A stretch of 64,000 nucleotides of DNA from Eledone cirrhosa (taxonomy: Eukaryota). The stretch spans positions 15,128,001 through 15,192,000 of the forward strand of contig OZ024745.1 in assembly GCA_964016885.1 (NCBI GenBank), in the 5' to 3' direction. Positions 57,301 to 64,000 of this stretch are shown here, in pieces. Both the position numbers and the translations under genes were made by a program. The first letter of the stretch is position 1, and each line of letters opens with the position of its first letter. The notes beneath the pieces were generated by a model. That model was given only the letters and a program-made list of their open reading frames with translations. It had not been told where the DNA came from and ran no database searches.

Positions 57301-58662
57301 AGTAATATGATATGGGGTTTATGGGTTAATAGGAGATGATAGGTTGGACCCAGGTTTTCGGAGCACAGGTTACGTTTTGCGCCTACTGACAGCAGCTTTC
57401 GAAGCCTTACACAGAAAATAAAGAGATATGCAAATGAAATTTTGTCTGTAAAATCTACATCGTTTTCTTACAGTGCTAGCCACGTTTCATGGGCTAAACA
57501 GCTTTTCATTTCTGTTAGAAGATTCTTAAAATTGATGTATTCAGGCGTTTTATGAAAAATGGAGAAACCCGAGTATCGAAACCAAGTATCCGCAGTTGAA
57601 AGTCATGACCCCAGCGGAGATCTAGGCACTTTAGTAACTGTGGAAGAAATGTGTGAATTCAAAGAGAGACTATGTTGAAAAGTAAACAAGAAAATATTTG
57701 TATATGCTACCTTTTCTTGGAGGCTCAAAACTTCTCGGCCACCCCTCGTATATGGTGCATCACTAATGAAATTTTTCACTTGCATCATCTGACACGTACA
57801 GTGATCAACCATTCAAAAATACAAGAGGAATCAGCACATCAACTGATTCATCGCCATAAAGAATATATATATATGATACTATATCTTTTGTAGATACATT
57901 TTAAAACTCTTCTATATTGATACTTATAACTTATATGGAAACTAACTTATCTGCGATATTATGATTAATTGAAAAAGAAAATACCTAATACAGTCTCGCA
58001 GTCGTACTTATATCGCAGTTAACATTTAGTGCTTTGTGACATATATTTTGAAAAAAGACTGATTTCACTCGTATTGATTTTCCCGTGAAATATCTTGACA
58101 TTTAATAGTAGAACTACTTGATATATAGAGTAGCATGTCTTTTGAATAACCTTCAATAAAAGTAAAAACGGAGAAATTGAAATAAATCTTTCATACTTGA
58201 TGAACTGATATTTTCGTTCAATTGAATTCTTGTCAACTGTTCTATAGGTGGAAGGCTTAGATAAACTATAGTATTTTTGTTTCACACTTCACAAAGCTTC
58301 AATTAAGCACATTTTTGCGCATTTCACAAGTTCCTTGAAGTTATATTTAATACTTTGGTGGTGGTTTTTGATAGTTCAAATTCTCTATTGGTACATTTAA
58401 CTTTTCATTCTTCTTCTTCTTCAGTAAATATCATTGTGATTATTGAGTGAAATGATGTGTGAGATATGTCTTTTCCGTGAACTAAATGTATCTCTTTGTC
58501 TCGCTTAAACTGCCGTCTTTATAAAGTATGTGTGTTCTAAATGATTAAAAACATTAGCTATTCAATGATTCTCGAAATCAACTTAGATGTTTCACAGACA
58601 TCTAGTCCATACTGTCTAGACATCAATATCTTAGTTTTGGGGAACCTCATTAAAAAATATTT

Positions 58663-58694
<32 letters not shown>

Positions 58695-58898
58695 CTAGGG
58701 CGGGTAAAATTCCCGAGATCCATGGACGAATTATCTCCAGCGGTCTCTGTCCCTCATTATCGCTGGAATGTCCTGCGTCTCCAACAGACCAGTGTCTGTT
58801 CTTAGGGCATCAACATACGTTAACCTTGGTCTTCCTCTTCCAGTGTGTCCATGTAGGGGCTCCCACAGGAGCACTGAATGCAATGTCAACTCTGGATA
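58695..58898 (-). mobile_element. RTE/RTE-X LINE 3' end
   Basis: PELTLHSVLLWEPLHGHTGRGRPRLTYVDALRTDTGL..MRDRDRWR. Confidence 0.85.
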
Positions 58899-58994
58899 AT
58901 ATATATATATATATATAACAGAGGAAATGTGGTAAGGAACCAGGTGGACCATAACGCACCAAAGTACTCAATACTTAGGGTAGTAGAGTGGGTA

Positions 58995-59115
58995 ATAGGA
59001 ACGAGTAGGACCTCGACGGCTGAGCTCAAGCCATTTCGACGGCTAATTCTGGACTTTTTAGTTCAGAATTAGCCGTCGAAACGGCTTGAGCTCAGCCGTC
59101 GGGGTTCTACTCGTT

Positions 59116-59120
<5 letters not shown>
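58995..59120. repeat. 126-bp palindrome made of two hammerhead 3' halves
   Basis: Right arm: ..gttcagaattagccgtc GAA ACGGCT tgagctc AGCCGT C ggggttc; the left arm is its reverse complement; ends in (TA)n. Confidence 0.8.
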
Positions 59121-59167
<47 letters not shown>

Positions 59168-59172
<5 letters not shown>

Positions 59173-59242
59173 ATAATAATAAATGTGAAGACTAAAATCC
59201 AAAGAGGGCTCGATAAGGATAAATATATATCAAATATATAAG
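59168..59242 (-). mobile_element. Scrap of the 38.7-kb Naiad pLTR family
   Basis: Reverse complement of ~38858-38932; shorter related scraps at ~13585-13625 and ~53400-53438. Confidence 0.75.
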
Positions 59243-59438
59243 CACTTTGATTCGTTAAAACTTTGAAAATTTGCTTCGGATCAGTATGCTCTAGATTAAA
59301 ATCCCACTGAGGTCCACTTTACCTTTCATCCTTTCGAGGTCGGTAAAGAACACAGTGGTACAGAGATGGTAAAGCCTTGTCTCTTCTCCGGGAGGTGACC
59401 ATAGTTAAAAAAGATACTCAATATACTAGTAGAGTATA

Positions 59439-59596
59439 GGCAGGATTGGCAGTATCGGTAGAGTTACGGCCCTTACCATTCTGAGTTCAAATCCCGCCGA
59501 GGTTAACTTTGCCTTTCATCCTTATGGGGTCGATAAAATAAAGTACCAGTAATACACTGGGTAATTGCTGGCCTTGTGCCAAAAGTAGAAACAATT
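59439..59596 (+). mobile_element. tRNA-derived SINE with an internal deletion
   Basis: Matches the consensus; further degraded copies at ~55975-56050, ~59270-59350 and ~60372-60500. Confidence 0.9.
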
Positions 59597-59610
59597 ATTT
59601 TATATAGAAA

Positions 59611-59677
59611 TGACTTCTACAAGACTAAAACTGTTTTGTTCGTATGAAATCATTAAGAAAGACTTCCTGATAATTTC

Positions 59678-59680
<3 letters not shown>
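59611..59680. ncRNA. Decayed fold-back hammerhead remnant (family of 10304-10382)
   Basis: Minus: ttaatga tttc atac gaac aaaac ag ttttagtc tt GTA gaagtc. Plus: gacttc CTGATAA tttcata. Confidence 0.55.
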
Positions 59681-59726
<46 letters not shown>

Positions 59727-61675
59727 AAACTGCCAGCCCTACATCATAACCTTTTATATTGTCACATTACTCTCGTATCTCTCTAATGTCTACTCTACTA
59801 ATTACCACTTCATTTTCTCTTTCTTCTTCTCCCTGTCCTCCAGCTCACACTTTTAATTCCATAAACATTCAATTCCAAAAACTGAACATTGTTTTTACAA
59901 ACAACTAATTCACTTAAAATCTCATCTATTTATATAAAAAACAATTTTACATGCATCAATGAATATCACTTCGACTATCAAAATTTGCAGCGAGTTCAAT
60001 TAACATACCAGCCCTCCCCTTGTTTCACTCCACACAACGAGCTGACATTTTAAACTCTCCAATTTAATTCTTTTGTCTCGTTTGTTTGTTTGTTTGTTTT
60101 TTTTATTAAAACAAACAAACACATTACATTACATACTTCACCCAATTGCTAATTACCACACATACACACACTCGAAATAAAACCTCTGTCTTAAAATAAA
60201 AAATAAATATAGACACCAATAATCCCATCAAAGAGTCCTCCACATTACACGTACTGCTTATATTTCTCAGCCAAACAAATATAGCCTCCATCTAACAAGG
60301 ATCCAACAGTTTGATAGTTCCCACCTCTGGTGAAACTGGCAGTCTTTCTGGGGCATTAAGTATTCCAATAATGATAATGGTTTCTGATTTAAGCACAACG
60401 CCAACAATTCTTTGGTGGTGTAAAGTTAAATAAATTGACCCCAGTACCTTAAAGCTAACCTCAGCAGGATTTCAACTCAGATCATCAAGGACTGTAGTAA
60501 ATTATTATTTCAAAATTAAAGATTTGAGAGTTTGAATTGTTTAAAGAGTAAATGATACATTGATAATATTAGAAGGAGTTTAAGTGGTGATACTGAGTTA
60601 AAATTCTAACTAATTTTTATTTCTAGTTTATGATATTTTGTATTGTGAAGATGTAGATTTAGAATATGTTTACTCAGCAGTTAGTCTAAAGCCATAGTGG
60701 TTTATGTAAGCACTGGTAATAAATTTCACTTAAATATTCCGATGTCCAACAGGTGAACGAGAAATAATATATACATTTCTTTCGTTAATGTCTTACAATG
60801 AACCAATAAAAGCTCTGAAATGGCTGCGAAAGTGATAGTTAGATAGTTATGCACCGATATTAAAAAAAGATTGCAATTTACTAAAAGGCGCGAAGTAGTA
60901 TAAGAAAAAATCAATCTTTAAGACTTATGGTTGTGATGTGTCCAAGACTATAACTACGAAATGATGTACGAGCCTTCAGATAAATCGTGTAATAAGATTT
61001 AACATCGATAATTCTATAAACCCAAAACAATACAAACGATTACACTATTAGCAACAGATACTGTATACTAGTATGTTGTAGAGAAAAACTGAAAATAAAG
61101 TAAAAAGATGGTAAAATAATATAGATGGTGATAATATATTGTAGATAAAAACAAGAAGTATATTGTCGATAAATAAAACGGTCCCTTGAAGTTGTGAAAT
61201 ACATGTCAAGACATAATGTTTTAGAAGATAGGTTGGATTTATTTTCTAATCAAACTTTATGATTTTATGAATTTATTTTCTCTCTAATTCACCAAATGTA
61301 GATCATGTTTGTTATTACATACAATCCTATAATAATATATAATTTGTTTAATCAAATTATTAGTTTCGTCAAGACATTGTTATATATATCCAACTTTGTA
61401 CTATACATAGTATAACTCCATTAATGGAACTTTAAATAGGATTTCTTAGAATATTTTAAAATATCCAATTCCAACAAATTGTACCTTTCATTATATAAAA
61501 GTAGAAACAATTATATCTCTAAGAACACTTAAGGAAATATGCTAGGACACTGGTTGCCCTATCCTCTGGCTTTTTAACAAATATGTGTATTCTCATACAT
61601 GAGGCTATGTAACCATCTCTTTTTCACTTCTTCTGCACCAGAAGATAGACAGATAGATTATATATATATATATAA

Positions 61676-61760
61676 CCATCGGACATGATGTGGCTTCCTG
61701 GCAAAATCCATTCCTGTATAATGGGGACAAGAGTCTCACGGCTTCGATCTGGGACTAACG
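61676..61760 (-). mobile_element. Merlin/IS1595 (ISXO2-like) DDE transposase fragment
   Basis: LVPDRSRETLVPIIQEWILPGSHIMSDG matches the VxDRSxxTLxPII..I.PGS.I.SD motif. Confidence 0.8.
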
Positions 61761-63232
61761 ATGATGATGACACAAACACATATATATATACAAACACACA
61801 TATATATATACATACAGACACACATATATATATACACACATATACACACCCACACATATATATATATAAGAGAAAATAATCACACACGCAATACTAATTA
61901 ACACCATATCACTATAGAGACCTGTTGTAAATAAACAAACTGTATCGTAACTTTCAATGTAAAAAAAAAGACACAAACACATTCACTTGTCATAAAAATT
62001 AGTTTCACTTTCTCGGACGTTATATTTTACCTATGCCATAATATTACATATTAATATTTCAACACCAAACATAATTGCAAGGGAGAAAGATTTAAATCAT
62101 ATTTACTCAACATATTCATCGACACAAGTGACAAAAGATAGGAAAGACAGACAGAAGTAACAAATCCTAGCAAAACAAAACAAAAACAAAAACAAAAACG
62201 CGTAGGCACAACAATCTGTTAGGTGAAAATTAATGATACAACTATTCAAAGTCAAATAACTGAATCGAAACCCTTTTTAATTTTAATCAATTTATTAAAA
62301 GTTAAATAAACATTATGGTACAGTCCATTTGGAACAAAGTTTAATTCACTAATGCCGACAGAAATTAAGATATTCCAATAAACGAGCGAATACATTCATC
62401 GAGTATATATTTAATTTCTGTTATGACGACTGACGTTATCCAAAGTAAAGATTCCACTAAAAACTATGGTGGACAAAAAGGAACAGAAAGAAGTAAAACT
62501 ATGGAGGACAAGAAGGAATATAAAGATATAATATATATATTCAATAAGGCAAAGATTAAGTGAAGAAAAAATGAAGTTCATTAACCGTAGATGTAGAAGA
62601 CTAAAATTAAACTATTAGTTAGTCAAGGAGACAATAAGATACACTCCAACTAGGGGTGAATATAAAGATAGAAATATATAAGTTGACAAAGGATGAGTAT
62701 AAAGATAGAGATATAATAATGGACAAGGGACTAAATTGGCTAAATAAGCTAAAAAAAACAGGAAACTAAAAAACAATAAACGGAAGAAAACTAATAATAA
62801 TAATAATAAACTAAAAAAAAACAAAATGATAAGGAATCCAAACAGCTATTGAATACGAATACGCCCCAAACAATTGTGTTATACATATAACTAAACATCC
62901 ACAGACATATACATATTCACAAAAAAAATATATATCTACAAATATACCCACAGATACAAAACCCTATACCCACAGAACCACTCACGTGCTAAACTTTCAC
63001 ACACCAACCAGCTCAAGAGAGTGTGTGTATCAATTCGCCAATGATGATGAAGTATCTACGTCCAGCTATAGAAGAGCCCATCCTGTATAGATACCATTAC
63101 TCACAGAAAAGAGTTGTTGGTATATTAAGAAACATAAAGAATATAAAAATAAAAAATATCTAAATATAAAAAATATAAAAAATATCTAGACAAGACGTCT
63201 AAACCAGAATAGTAAAGTGAGATTCTGAAAAA

Positions 63233-63919
<687 letters not shown>

Positions 63920-64000
63920 CAAGGCTCTGATGCCATCAACACTATAAACACAGAGCTGGCATATCTAAGAACTGACTAACTGCCTGATGAGGACATAGCC

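Noticed and set aside
63984-64000. ctgatgaggacatagcc at the window edge
   Set aside because: Could start an HHR, but the sequence is cut off before any GAAA, so it cannot be evaluated.

Overview
AT-rich, microsatellite-saturated eukaryotic DNA with no host protein-coding exon I can support. The tRNA-derived SINE family present in many copies suggests an octopus/coleoid cephalopod genome (inference from sequence recognition). The window consists of decayed mobile elements. These include a frameshifted Neptune-type Penelope-like element (RT + GIY-YIG, ~655-3170, minus), Naiad-type Penelope pieces (RT 36.5-37.5 kb, GIY-YIG 63.2-63.75 kb, mini-copy 38.7-39.2 kb), RTE/CR1/CRE LINE fragments, SINEs, Tc1/mariner and hAT MITEs, non-autonomous Helitrons and a Merlin/IS1595 fragment. 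The main signal is non-coding. By eye I find about 13 type I hammerhead ribozyme (HHR) motifs from about 9 unrelated sequence families, almost all in short elements next to (TA)n tracts. Two sit in ORF-less partial tandem repeats (529 and 613 bp units) with retrozyme-like architecture. Several lie in fold-back palindromes whose junctions coincide with ribozyme helices. Six families have a mismatch (A.A, A.G, C.A, U.U) where the canonical G10.1-C11.1 pair should close stem II. All structures were folded by hand and none is shown to be active.
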